From Pseudomonadota bacterium (lineage in GTDB: Bacteria; Pseudomonadota; Gammaproteobacteria; Burkholderiales; Burkholderiaceae_C), in the NCBI GenBank assembly GCA_040385005.1, contig JAZKIF010000081.1, positions 18,518 through 82,517 of the forward strand: a DNA stretch of 64,000 nt, written 5' to 3'. Below, piece after piece: positions 56,193-64,000 of the stretch (position 1 is the stretch's first letter; every line of letters starts with the position of its first letter). Both the position numbers and the translations under genes were made by a program. The notes under the pieces were generated by a model. It saw only the letters and a program-made list of their open reading frames with translations. It searched no databases and was not told the DNA's origin.

Positions 56193-57946
56193 CGATCATC
56201 CTGGGTCTCAACGCTTTCCACGGCGACGCCGCCGCGTGCCTGGTGCGCGACGGCGAGATGGTCGCCGCCGCCGAAGAAGAACGGTTTCGGCGCGTCAAGC
56301 ACTGGGCGGGGTTTCCTTCGGAAGCCATCCGCTACTGCCTTGCCGAAGCCGGTGTCGGCCTCGCCGACGTGGACCACGTCGCGTTGAACCAGGACCGCCG
56401 CGCGCACCTGGGCCGCAAGATCGCATTCGCGCTGCGACAGCGCCCCGATCCCTCGCTGGTGATGGACCGCCTGCGCAACAAGGCGCGCCGGGCGGGCGCG
56501 TCGCAGCAGCTCGCGCAGGCGTTTCCGGGGGACAAGTTCAACGGGCAGTTGCACGCCATCGAACACCATCGCGCGCACCTCTCGTCCGCGTTCCACGTGT
56601 CGCCGTTCGATGAGGCCGTGGTAGTGTCGGTCGACGGGTTCGGCGATTTCGCGAGCGCGGCGTGGGGCGTCGGGCGCGGCGCCGGCATCCACGTCGATGC
56701 ACAGGTGTTCTTCCCGCATTCGCTCGGCATCTTCTACCAGTCGCTCACGCAGCTGATCGGCTTTCCGAACTACGGCGACGAATACAAGATGATGGGCCTC
56801 GCGCCCTACGGCGAGCCGCTGTACCTGGAGGCGATGCGCAAGATCGTCCTGCTGCAGCCGGACGGCGGCTTCCGGCTCAATCTCGACTGCTTTCGTCATC
56901 ACCGCGAGAAGGTCGACTACCAGTGGGAAGGTGGCAGCCCGAGTGTCGGCACGCTCTTCAGCGAGGGCCTCGTGCGGCTGCTCGGCCCCGCGCGCGCGAC
57001 CGATGAGCCACTCACGCAGCGCCACAAAGATCTCGCCCGCTCGGCGCAGGCGATGTACGAAGAGGCTTTTTTCCACCTGCTCAACGCGCTGCATGCGCGG
57101 CACGGGCTGGATACCCTCGCCCTCTCGGGCGGCTGTGCGATGAATTCGGTCGCCAATGGCAAGGTGACCTTGCGCACGCCCTTCAAGCAGGTCTACGTGC
57201 AGTCGGCGGCGGGAGACGCGGGCGGCGCGGTGGGCGCGGCGTTCTCCGTGTGGCATGCGCTCGGCGGCGAGCGCGGGCCGGTGCACGATCACGCTTATTG
57301 GGGACCGGGCTTCAGCGACGAAGCCGTGGACCGGGTCTTGTCGGACAACGCGGTCGAGATCGCGTCCCAGGACTGCACGGTCGCGCACGCCGAAAGCGAA
57401 TCGCAGCTCGCGCAGGACACCGCGGCAGCAATCGCGCGCGGCGAGGTCGTGGGCTGGTTCCAGGGGCGCATGGAGTGGGGGCCGCGCGCATTGGGCAACC
57501 GCTCGATCCTCGGCGACCCGCGGCGCGCCGACATGAAGGACATCCTCAACCTCAAGATCAAGCGGCGCGAATCGTTCCGGCCGTTCGCGCCTTCGGTGTT
57601 GCGCGAAGCCGTTGGCGAATGGTTCGAGCTCGACGGCGACGTGCCTTTCATGATGCAGGTCTACCCGATCCGCGAGGACAAGCGCGCGCGAATTCCGGCC
57701 GTGACCCACGTCGACGGCTCGGGCCGGCTCCAGACGGTGAGCATGGCAACGAACCCGCGCTACCACCGGCTGATTTCCGCCTTCCAGGAACTGACCGGCG
57801 TGCCGATGGTGCTCAACACCTCGTTCAACGAGAACGAACCGGTGGTCTGCACGCCGCGGGAAGCGCTCGACTGCTTCCTGCGCACGAGGATGGACGTGCT
57901 CGTGCTGGGCACGCGCGTCGTTCGCCGTGAGCGCCGGGCGGCGTGA
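56189..57946 (+). CDS. O-carbamoyltransferase (NodU/CmcH family)
   Basis: AEEERFRRVKH, EHHRAH, DGFGD, EYKMMGLAPYG, GGCAMN, GDAGG, GPRALGNRS, KRRESFRPFAP, HVDGSGR, LNTSFN. Confidence 0.95.
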   Translation: MTIILGLNAFHGDAAACLVRDGEMVAAAEEERFRRVKHWAGFPSEAIRYCLAEAGVGLADVDHVALNQDRRAHLGRKIAFALRQRPDPSLVMDRLRNKARRAGASQQLAQAFPGDKFNGQLHAIEHHRAHLSSAFHVSPFDEAVVVSVDGFGDFASAAWGVGRGAGIHVDAQVFFPHSLGIFYQSLTQLIGFPNYGDEYKMMGLAPYGEPLYLEAMRKIVLLQPDGGFRLNLDCFRHHREKVDYQWEGGSPSVGTLFSEGLVRLLGPARATDEPLTQRHKDLARSAQAMYEEAFFHLLNALHARHGLDTLALSGGCAMNSVANGKVTLRTPFKQVYVQSAAGDAGGAVGAAFSVWHALGGERGPVHDHAYWGPGFSDEAVDRVLSDNAVEIASQDCTVAHAESESQLAQDTAAAIARGEVVGWFQGRMEWGPRALGNRSILGDPRRADMKDILNLKIKRRESFRPFAPSVLREAVGEWFELDGDVPFMMQVYPIREDKRARIPAVTHVDGSGRLQTVSMATNPRYHRLISAFQELTGVPMVLNTSFNENEPVVCTPREALDCFLRTRMDVLVLGTRVVRRERRAA

Positions 57947-58725
57947 TGTTCGAGATCGCGAAGATCGGCGGTTACTTCCTCTCGCCGCTGACGCTCGTCC
58001 TCGCGCTCGGCCTGCTCGCGATACTGTTCCTCGCCCGCCGCAAGCCGCGCCACGCGGCGGTTGCCGGGGTCGCCGCGTTCGCGCTGCTATGGGTCGCGTC
58101 GCTGCCGGTGCTCGCGGAGTACCTGATCGCATCGATCGAGGAGCAGTACCCGGCGCGCACCTCGCAAGCCGCGCCGAAGGCCGATGCCATCCTGGTCCTG
58201 GGCGGAGCGCTCTCGGGCGCGTCGCCGCCCCGACGCCCGGTGTTCAGCATCGGCCCCTCCGCGGGACGCGTCTGGCAGGCCGCCGCGTTGTACCGCGCGG
58301 GCAAGGCGCCCTGGGTGGTGATCTCGGGCGGGAACCAGCCGGGCAACGAAGGGGAGCAGGCGGAGGGTGACGCCATCGCGGAGATGCTGGTCGTCCTGGG
58401 CGTGCCGGAACAAGCCATCCGCCGCGAAACCACCAGCCGCAACACCCGGGAGAACGCGGCCAACGTGCGCGGCGTGCTGCGCGACGTGGGGGCCAAACGC
58501 GTGCTTCTCGTGACTTCCGCGCTCCACATGCCCCGAGCCATGAAATCGTTGCAAGTGGTGTGGGCTGCGGAACCCCTGGAAATCGTCCCGCAACCCACCG
58601 ATGTCCAGATAGCGCACCCCACGAAGTCGACAAAAGTGTGGCTTCCGTCACTGGATGGCCTCCAAGGTGTAACCAAAGCGCTGAAAGAGTTTGCAGGAAT
58701 GATGGCGCTGGCTATCATTCAATGA
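57943..58725 (+). CDS. YdcF/ElyC (DUF218) family protein
   Basis: Two TM segments, ILVLGG, ISGG, SRNTRENA, LVTSALHMPRA, KE..G. Confidence 0.9.
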   Translation: MMFEIAKIGGYFLSPLTLVLALGLLAILFLARRKPRHAAVAGVAAFALLWVASLPVLAEYLIASIEEQYPARTSQAAPKADAILVLGGALSGASPPRRPVFSIGPSAGRVWQAAALYRAGKAPWVVISGGNQPGNEGEQAEGDAIAEMLVVLGVPEQAIRRETTSRNTRENAANVRGVLRDVGAKRVLLVTSALHMPRAMKSLQVVWAAEPLEIVPQPTDVQIAHPTKSTKVWLPSLDGLQGVTKALKEFAGMMALAIIQ

Positions 58726-58747
58726 CACACCCTGATGTGAATGTCAC

Positions 58748-59515
58748 ATGTCCTTACAAATATCCGTCGTCACAGCCGTCATGAACCGGGCCGAAACGCT
58801 TGGGGATGCGCTGCGGTCCGTGCAGGGACAGAAGTGGCGGAACATCGAGCACATCGTGATCGACGGCGGGTCCACCGACGGGAGCCGGGACATCCTGCAG
58901 GCAAACCGCGACCAGATCGCCAAGCTGGTTTCCGAGCCGGACCACGGCCTCTACGACGCATTGAACAAGGGCATCGCCGCCGCCACCGGCGACGTGATCG
59001 GCTTCATGCACGCCGACGACGAATACGCCTCCCCCTACACCCTGGACCGCGTCGCTTCGGCGTTCGAGGACCCTTCCGTGGAGGCCGTCTACGGGGACCT
59101 GGTTTATGTGAGCAAGAAAGACCCGTCCCGTGTCGTGCGTTACTGGCAGGCCGGTCGCTACCGCCGCGAACACCTGGAGCAAGGCTGGATGCCTCCGCAC
59201 CCTACTTTCTACGTGCGCCGCGAGGTGTATGCCCGCCTGGGCGCGTTCGACACGCGGTTTCGCATCGCGGCGGATTACGAGCACATGCTGCGCCTCCTGT
59301 GGCGCGGACGGGTCCACGCCGCCTACGTTCCCGAGGTCCTGGTTCGCATGCGTACCGGCGGCGCGAGCAATATGTCGCTGTTTAACATCCTCACCAAATC
59401 GCGTGAGGATTACGCTGCCATGCGTCAAAATGGCATCGGTGGCTTGCAGACCCTGCTGCTGAAAAATGTCACGAAGCTTCCTCAGTTCGTGGTCCGGGTC
59501 GCGGCGGCCCATTGA
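58748..59515 (+). CDS. GT2 glycosyltransferase (WcaE-like)
   Basis: IDGGSTDG, SEPDHGLYDALNKG, HADD, GWMPPHP, AADYE, MRTGGAS. Confidence 0.92.
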   Translation: MSLQISVVTAVMNRAETLGDALRSVQGQKWRNIEHIVIDGGSTDGSRDILQANRDQIAKLVSEPDHGLYDALNKGIAAATGDVIGFMHADDEYASPYTLDRVASAFEDPSVEAVYGDLVYVSKKDPSRVVRYWQAGRYRREHLEQGWMPPHPTFYVRREVYARLGAFDTRFRIAADYEHMLRLLWRGRVHAAYVPEVLVRMRTGGASNMSLFNILTKSREDYAAMRQNGIGGLQTLLLKNVTKLPQFVVRVAAAH

Positions 59516-59543
59516 GCCGCCGATGACCCGGCCTTAAGCTCAC

Positions 59544-60383
59544 ATGTCCAAGGGGGTTATGGTGTTGCCCGTCAGATTGAGTGCCTGTGTCGTGGGATTC
59601 GCGATGGCCTTCCATGGCCTGTGCGCAGCCCAGACGCCGCGCGCTAGCGCCGATGTCACACGCATGGGCGCGGGCCAGCCTCTGGACTTGCGCATCGGAG
59701 CGGTCCGCTCCACCGACTTCTCCGACGCGGTGACCGATGGCGGGCTGCGTACGGCACCGACCCCCATCCCCTCGGCGACGCCTGCACAAAGTTTGCCGAT
59801 CTTCAGCCTCGCGAAGGATTACCGCATCGGGACCGACAACCTGATCGACATCGAAATCGCCGAGCTCGACAACCTCAAACGCACCGTGCGCGTGAACGCC
59901 GCGGGCGCCATTTCTATGCCGCTGATCGGCCAGGTCACGGTTGCAGGGCTCACATCCCAGGAGGCGGAGGAGCGGATTGCGGACCGTTACCGCGAGAAGT
60001 ACCTGCAAAACCCCCAGGTATCGGTGTTCATCAAGGAATTCACGACCGAGCGAATCACGATCGAAGGCGCGGTCAACCGACCAGGCATGTTCCCGCTAAC
60101 CGGCCCGCTCACGTTGCTGCGGGCACTCGCGCTTGCGGGGGGCTTCGGCTCCATCGCCAATACAACGCAGGTCATGGTCTACCGGATCAACGAGCAACGG
60201 GTGCGCGAATCCGCGGTATACGATGTCGAAAAAATCCGCGCAGGAACCAGCGACGATCCGCCCATCAAGGGCGACGACCTGATCGTGGTGCAGCGGGACA
60301 GCACCCGCGTCCTGCTGAAGGATTCCCTGTTCCGGGACATCGTGGATTCGATCAACCCCTTCTCCGTCCTGGCGCCACGTTAG
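59544..60383 (+). CDS. wza: Polysaccharide export protein (Wza/OPX family)
   Basis: YRIGTDN..., G.ISMPLIG..VAGLT (PES motif), YLQNPQVSV, SLBB 'EGAVNRPG'. Confidence 0.88.
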   Translation: MSKGVMVLPVRLSACVVGFAMAFHGLCAAQTPRASADVTRMGAGQPLDLRIGAVRSTDFSDAVTDGGLRTAPTPIPSATPAQSLPIFSLAKDYRIGTDNLIDIEIAELDNLKRTVRVNAAGAISMPLIGQVTVAGLTSQEAEERIADRYREKYLQNPQVSVFIKEFTTERITIEGAVNRPGMFPLTGPLTLLRALALAGGFGSIANTTQVMVYRINEQRVRESAVYDVEKIRAGTSDDPPIKGDDLIVVQRDSTRVLLKDSLFRDIVDSINPFSVLAPR

Positions 60384-60438
60384 CGACAACGCCGGGGCAC
60401 GGAACGAAGCCGCGGCCGCCTCCTCCAACGATCCACTC

Positions 60439-62757
60439 ATGGCACCCGATACCCTCCCCGCCCAGCTGTCACATCGACAGAGCGAGCTCGCGCTGCGCCA
60501 GCCCTACATGCTCCAGACGACTCTGGAGCGGCAGTCGGAGGACGACAACGACGCCAGCGCATTGACACTGAGCGACCTTCTCGGCATGGTCCTCAAGCAC
60601 AAGTGGACCCTGTTGCTGGTGATACTGGTATCCACGGGAATCGCGGGAATCAACACTTTTCTGTTGCGCCCGACCTACCGCGCTACCACCGTCGTGCAGA
60701 TCGAGAGAGCACCCGCCCGGGTCGTCGATTTCAACCGGGGACAGGTCGATGTCGACCAGGCCTCAGTCGATGAATTCCTGGGGCTGAAGACCCAGTACGA
60801 ACTGCTCCGCAGCCGCTCGTTGGCCGAACGCGTCATCGACGAACTCCAGCTCGATCGCTCCAAAGGCGCGGCATCCGCGATTTCGGCGGACGCCAAGGCG
60901 CCCCCGTCCATCGCAGCCTCGGCCAACGCGAGCGAAGGCTACATGGGCCGGATCATCTCCGGCTATCGCAAGCTATCGACACCATCCACCAACGATCCGG
61001 AGGTGCTCGGCCGAGAAGCCGTGGTTGGCGCATTCCTGGGCGCTTTGGCAGTTGATCCGGTGCCGAACTCGCGGCTGGTGCGCCTTTCCGTCGACAACGT
61101 CGATCCAGCCCTCGCCGCGAAAATCGCGAACACGACAGCCCAGATCTACGTGTCCCTCGGCCAGGAGCGCCGAATCGAATCTTCCGGCTACGCGAAGACG
61201 TTCCTCGAGGACCAGATCAAGCAGATGAAAAGCCGGCTCGAGGAGTCGGAGCGCAAGCTGAATCAGTACGCACAGCGAAAGGAAATCCTGACACTGGACG
61301 ACAAGACCAGCGCGATCAACCAGACGTACGTGGATTACGCCGCGGCCCTCGCGAAGGCCGAACAGGACCGCATCCGCGCCGAGGCGCTTTACAACGAAGT
61401 CAAGGGCAATCCGGAACGCGCCTCCCAGTCCATGGACAGCAAATCGATTCAAGCCTACAAGGAGCAAAGGGCAAAACTCGAGCAGGAATACCAGCAGGGT
61501 CTACGCATCTACAAGCCCGAATATCCGAAGATGCTGCAAATCCGCGCCCAGATCACGGAGGTCGACACGCAGATCAAGACGGAGATGGTCGCCATCGGCG
61601 ACGTGATCAAGGCCCAGTACGATACAGCCAAGGCGCAGGAAGCGCTGCTGCGCGAACGTCTCGGTTCCACGCGCAAACAGGTTCTCGCCACGCAGGACAA
61701 CAGCATCGACCTCAACCTGCTCAAGCGCGAGGTCGACACCAACCGGCAGCTGTACGACAGCCTGCTCGAGCGCCTGAAGCAAGTGGGTATCTCGAGCAAC
61801 CTCACGACCAACAACCTGTCCATCGTCGACGCTGCCGCGACCCCGCTGTTTCCCTACAAGCCCAACCTGCAGTCCAACTTGCTCGCGGGTCTGGGTATCG
61901 GTTTGTTCCTGGGCCTGTGCCTGGTGTTCCTGCTCGAATACCTCGACGATTCAATCCGCTTCCCGGACATGGTGGAACGCGTGCTCGGCGTGCCGCTCAT
62001 GGGTGTCGTGCCGGTCGGCGACAAAAAAAGCAGCGACTCCGGGTCGATTGCCATCGACGTGCATGCCGATCCGCGCTCGAGTATGGCGGAAGCCTACCGG
62101 TCGGTGCGCACGGCGCTGCAGTTCTCCACTTCGCACGGCGCGCCCAAGCGCCTGCTGGTCACCAGCACGACGCGCGACGAGGGCAAGAGCACGACTGCGC
62201 TGGCACTGTCCATCAACTTCGCGCAGATGGGGCACCACGTCCTGCTGGTGGACGGCGACATGCGCAATCCGTCGATCCACAAGATGCTCGGCATCCCCAA
62301 CGAGCTCGGCTTGTCGAACCTGCTGTCCGACGACGCCCGCGGCGAAACCCTGATCCAACCCACCGTCGTGCCGAATCTGTCGGTACTGACCGCCGGCCCG
62401 TCGCCGCCGAACCCGGTCGACCTGCTGATGGGACCCAAATTGATTGCGCTGCTGGACAAGGCCTCCGCCGTCGGCATCAGCCACGTGATCGTGGACGGCC
62501 CGCCGATCCTGGGCATCGCCGATTCGATCGTGCTGGGCAACCAGATCCAGGACATGCTCTTCATCGTTCGCGCGGGCAGCACGCGCAAGGCCAACATCCG
62601 CGATGCGCTTCGCCGCCTGCGGCTCTCGGGCCTGTCGCCACGCGGCGCCGTGCTCACGTTCGCCCCGGCGCGCGCGCTGCAAGGCTACGGCGCCTACTAC
62701 GGCTACGGCCCGGAGCCGCACTCGGCCAACGCCGCGCTCTCGAGCCGCCGCTCCTGA
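60439..62757 (+). CDS. wzc: Polysaccharide co-polymerase/tyrosine autokinase (Wzc/GumC)
   Basis: Two TM segments, coiled periplasmic domain, EAYRSVRT, DEGKST, VDGDMRNP, DGPP, Tyr tail YGAYYGYG. Confidence 0.93.
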   Translation: MAPDTLPAQLSHRQSELALRQPYMLQTTLERQSEDDNDASALTLSDLLGMVLKHKWTLLLVILVSTGIAGINTFLLRPTYRATTVVQIERAPARVVDFNRGQVDVDQASVDEFLGLKTQYELLRSRSLAERVIDELQLDRSKGAASAISADAKAPPSIAASANASEGYMGRIISGYRKLSTPSTNDPEVLGREAVVGAFLGALAVDPVPNSRLVRLSVDNVDPALAAKIANTTAQIYVSLGQERRIESSGYAKTFLEDQIKQMKSRLEESERKLNQYAQRKEILTLDDKTSAINQTYVDYAAALAKAEQDRIRAEALYNEVKGNPERASQSMDSKSIQAYKEQRAKLEQEYQQGLRIYKPEYPKMLQIRAQITEVDTQIKTEMVAIGDVIKAQYDTAKAQEALLRERLGSTRKQVLATQDNSIDLNLLKREVDTNRQLYDSLLERLKQVGISSNLTTNNLSIVDAAATPLFPYKPNLQSNLLAGLGIGLFLGLCLVFLLEYLDDSIRFPDMVERVLGVPLMGVVPVGDKKSSDSGSIAIDVHADPRSSMAEAYRSVRTALQFSTSHGAPKRLLVTSTTRDEGKSTTALALSINFAQMGHHVLLVDGDMRNPSIHKMLGIPNELGLSNLLSDDARGETLIQPTVVPNLSVLTAGPSPPNPVDLLMGPKLIALLDKASAVGISHVIVDGPPILGIADSIVLGNQIQDMLFIVRAGSTRKANIRDALRRLRLSGLSPRGAVLTFAPARALQGYGAYYGYGPEPHSANAALSSRRS

Positions 62758-62774
62758 GGGCGGGCCCAGGCGCG

Positions 62775-64000
62775 ATGCAGTCCGACCCAGCGTCCCGGCG
62801 CGGCGCCGTCGAGAAAGCCCTCCTCGACTACCACCAGTCCCCGGGCCGGTTCACGCTCGCGCGCCGCCAGCCTTCGCTGCTCTACGCCGCCATCAAGGAC
62901 GTCCTGCAGCTCGCCTCGGGCCGCTCGCCCGATGGCAGCGGCGCACCACCTTCTCCAACGGTGCGGCAGGCGGCGTGCTTCTTCATCCGCTCCGCGCTGC
63001 TGTATCCGGACGCTGACCCCTACGCGGTGCTCGGCCTCGAGCGGGACGCCCCCGCGCCGTCGGTGAAGGACCACTACCGCCTGATGATGCGGCTGATGCA
63101 TCCGGACTTCGCCGCAGCAATGGCCTCGGCCCCGTGGCCGGCCGACGCCGCGACGCGCGTGAACCGCGCGTACGAAATCCTGTCGTCGCCGGAACGGCGC
63201 GCCGCGTACGACGAGGAGATGGCGCCATCCGCGCCCGCGCCCGCAGCGCAGGCGGAGAAACACACGTCTCCCGGGCGTCTCAGCGCCGCCCGGGGCAACG
63301 CGCCGGCCCGGCGCCGGCCCGAGGACAATCGCCGCGACCTGAAGCGCCTGTCCACCGTATTCGGTACCGTGGGCGGAATCGCCCTCATCGCGGCCGGCGT
63401 CGCCAGCCTGCAGTCCGGCGACGAGAGCCTGGTCCAGCGCCGGGACACCGCGGCCCGCCAGGACGAGACGGCGGCTCGCGCCAAGGCAAGCCCGATCGTG
63501 GCGGCACGCGTTGCCGATGCGCCTGCCAGTCCCGCATCGCAACCCGAGGCAGCGCAAGATCTCGTCGCCGCCGTGGAGAAGCTTCCCGGGCCACCCGCGG
63601 CCGCGCCCCGAACGGCCCTGGTTCATACGCCCACCACCCTCAATGCCGCGGCCCCTGCGCACGCGCCCGCGCCTGCCTACACACCGACGCCATCGGCACT
63701 CATGAACGCGATGCTGGCCGCCCCGCCCGCCACCCCGCAAGCCGCGCAGGCCGCGCCAGTGGCAGCAGCCCCAGTGCCCGCAGCGCAAGTGCCAGCCGCC
63801 CCGCCCAGTCCCACGCTCGCGGATGTGCACCCCATCCTCTCGCGGTTGCTGCAGGAGATCGAAAGCGGCTGGGGCGACCGCGTGATGGCCCTCGTGGACC
63901 GCGAGGCCCGCAGCGCACCGGCCGGGCAGGCGCTCCTGCTGCACTACAACAATCTCGTGGGCGGCACACGCCCGGTAAAGGTCTCGAACGTGCAGTTCAA
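62775..64000 (+). CDS. J-domain (DnaJ-like) membrane protein, runs off the window
   Basis: Not in the ORF track. Hand translation from ATG 62775: ...DPYAVLGLERDA...YRLMMRLMHPDF...VNRAYEILSSPERRAAYD (HPD motif), then TM VFGTVGGIALIAAGVASL and a Pro/Ala-rich linker. Confidence 0.85.
   Translation, partial: MQSDPASRRGAVEKALLDYHQSPGRFTLARRQPSLLYAAIKDVLQLASGRSPDGSGAPPSPTVRQAACFFIRSALLYPDADPYAVLGLERDAPAPSVKDHYRLMMRLMHPDFAAAMASAPWPADAATRVNRAYEILSSPERRAAYDEEMAPSAPAPAAQAEKHTSPGRLSAARGNAPARRRPEDNRRDLKRLSTVFGTVGGIALIAAGVASLQSGDESLVQRRDTAARQDETAARAKASPIVAARVADAPASPASQPEAAQDLVAAVEKLPGPPAAAPRTALVHTPTTLNAAAPAHAPAPAYTPTPSALMNAMLAAPPATPQAAQAAPVAAAPVPAAQVPAAPPSPTLADVHPILSRLLQEIESGWGDRVMALVDREARSAPAGQALLLHYNNLVGGTRPVKVSNVQF

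Noticed and set aside
56108-58132. 674-aa antisense ORF, and similar long shadow ORFs (3662-5386, 11527-12849, 23330-25069, 30270-31703, 62703-63944)
   Set aside because: They lie opposite well-supported genes, have no motifs, and are expected from stop-codon scarcity in high-GC DNA.
58735-58749. ATGTGA-ATG-TCACAT palindrome as a CRP site
   Set aside because: The spacer is 3 bp rather than 6 and it overlaps a start codon; not supportable.
1-64000. tRNA/rRNA genes, CRISPR arrays, IS elements, integrases
   Set aside because: None recognised by eye: no regularly spaced direct repeats, transposase motifs or att-like duplications at the island edges.

Overview
GC-rich betaproteobacterial chromosome segment (gene content and order suggest Comamonadaceae, e.g. 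Ramlibacter/Caenimonas-like; inference). 1-18.5 kb is mostly housekeeping: Rieske oxygenase (truncated by the window), LysR, acetoacetyl-CoA synthetase, DUF6165 plus TPR-glycosyltransferase, a TetR unit with two operator palindromes and a 37-aa unannotated ORF, a deleted GT2 pseudogene, NCS2 permease, thioesterase, PduO, two EF-hand proteins, an FAD oxidase, and the origin-linked mnmG-rsmG-lysE-parA-ydeN-parB operon with two parS sites inside coding sequence. 18.6-25.6 kb is the main finding: an apparently complete lasso-peptide (RiPP) cluster, B1(RRE)-B2(peptidase)-C(cyclase)-A(54-aa precursor, predicted core SSGAGNADGMGGFNMSGTTA)-HPr-type kinase-PRMT-fold methyltransferase-JmjC oxygenase, plus a convergent nucleotidyltransferase, i.e. 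four candidate tailoring enzymes for one 20-residue core. It sits head-to-head with a 4-repeat hypothetical protein and a ~36 kb surface-polysaccharide locus (27.3-64 kb). That locus combines Wzm/Wzt with a Wzy-like protein and Wza/Wzc, has many GTs (several recalling cyanobacterial hps genes), two AsnB amidotransferases, a carbamoyltransferase, acyl- and methyltransferases, and ends in a membrane J-domain protein. All family calls come from motif recognition by eye; no database searches were run.
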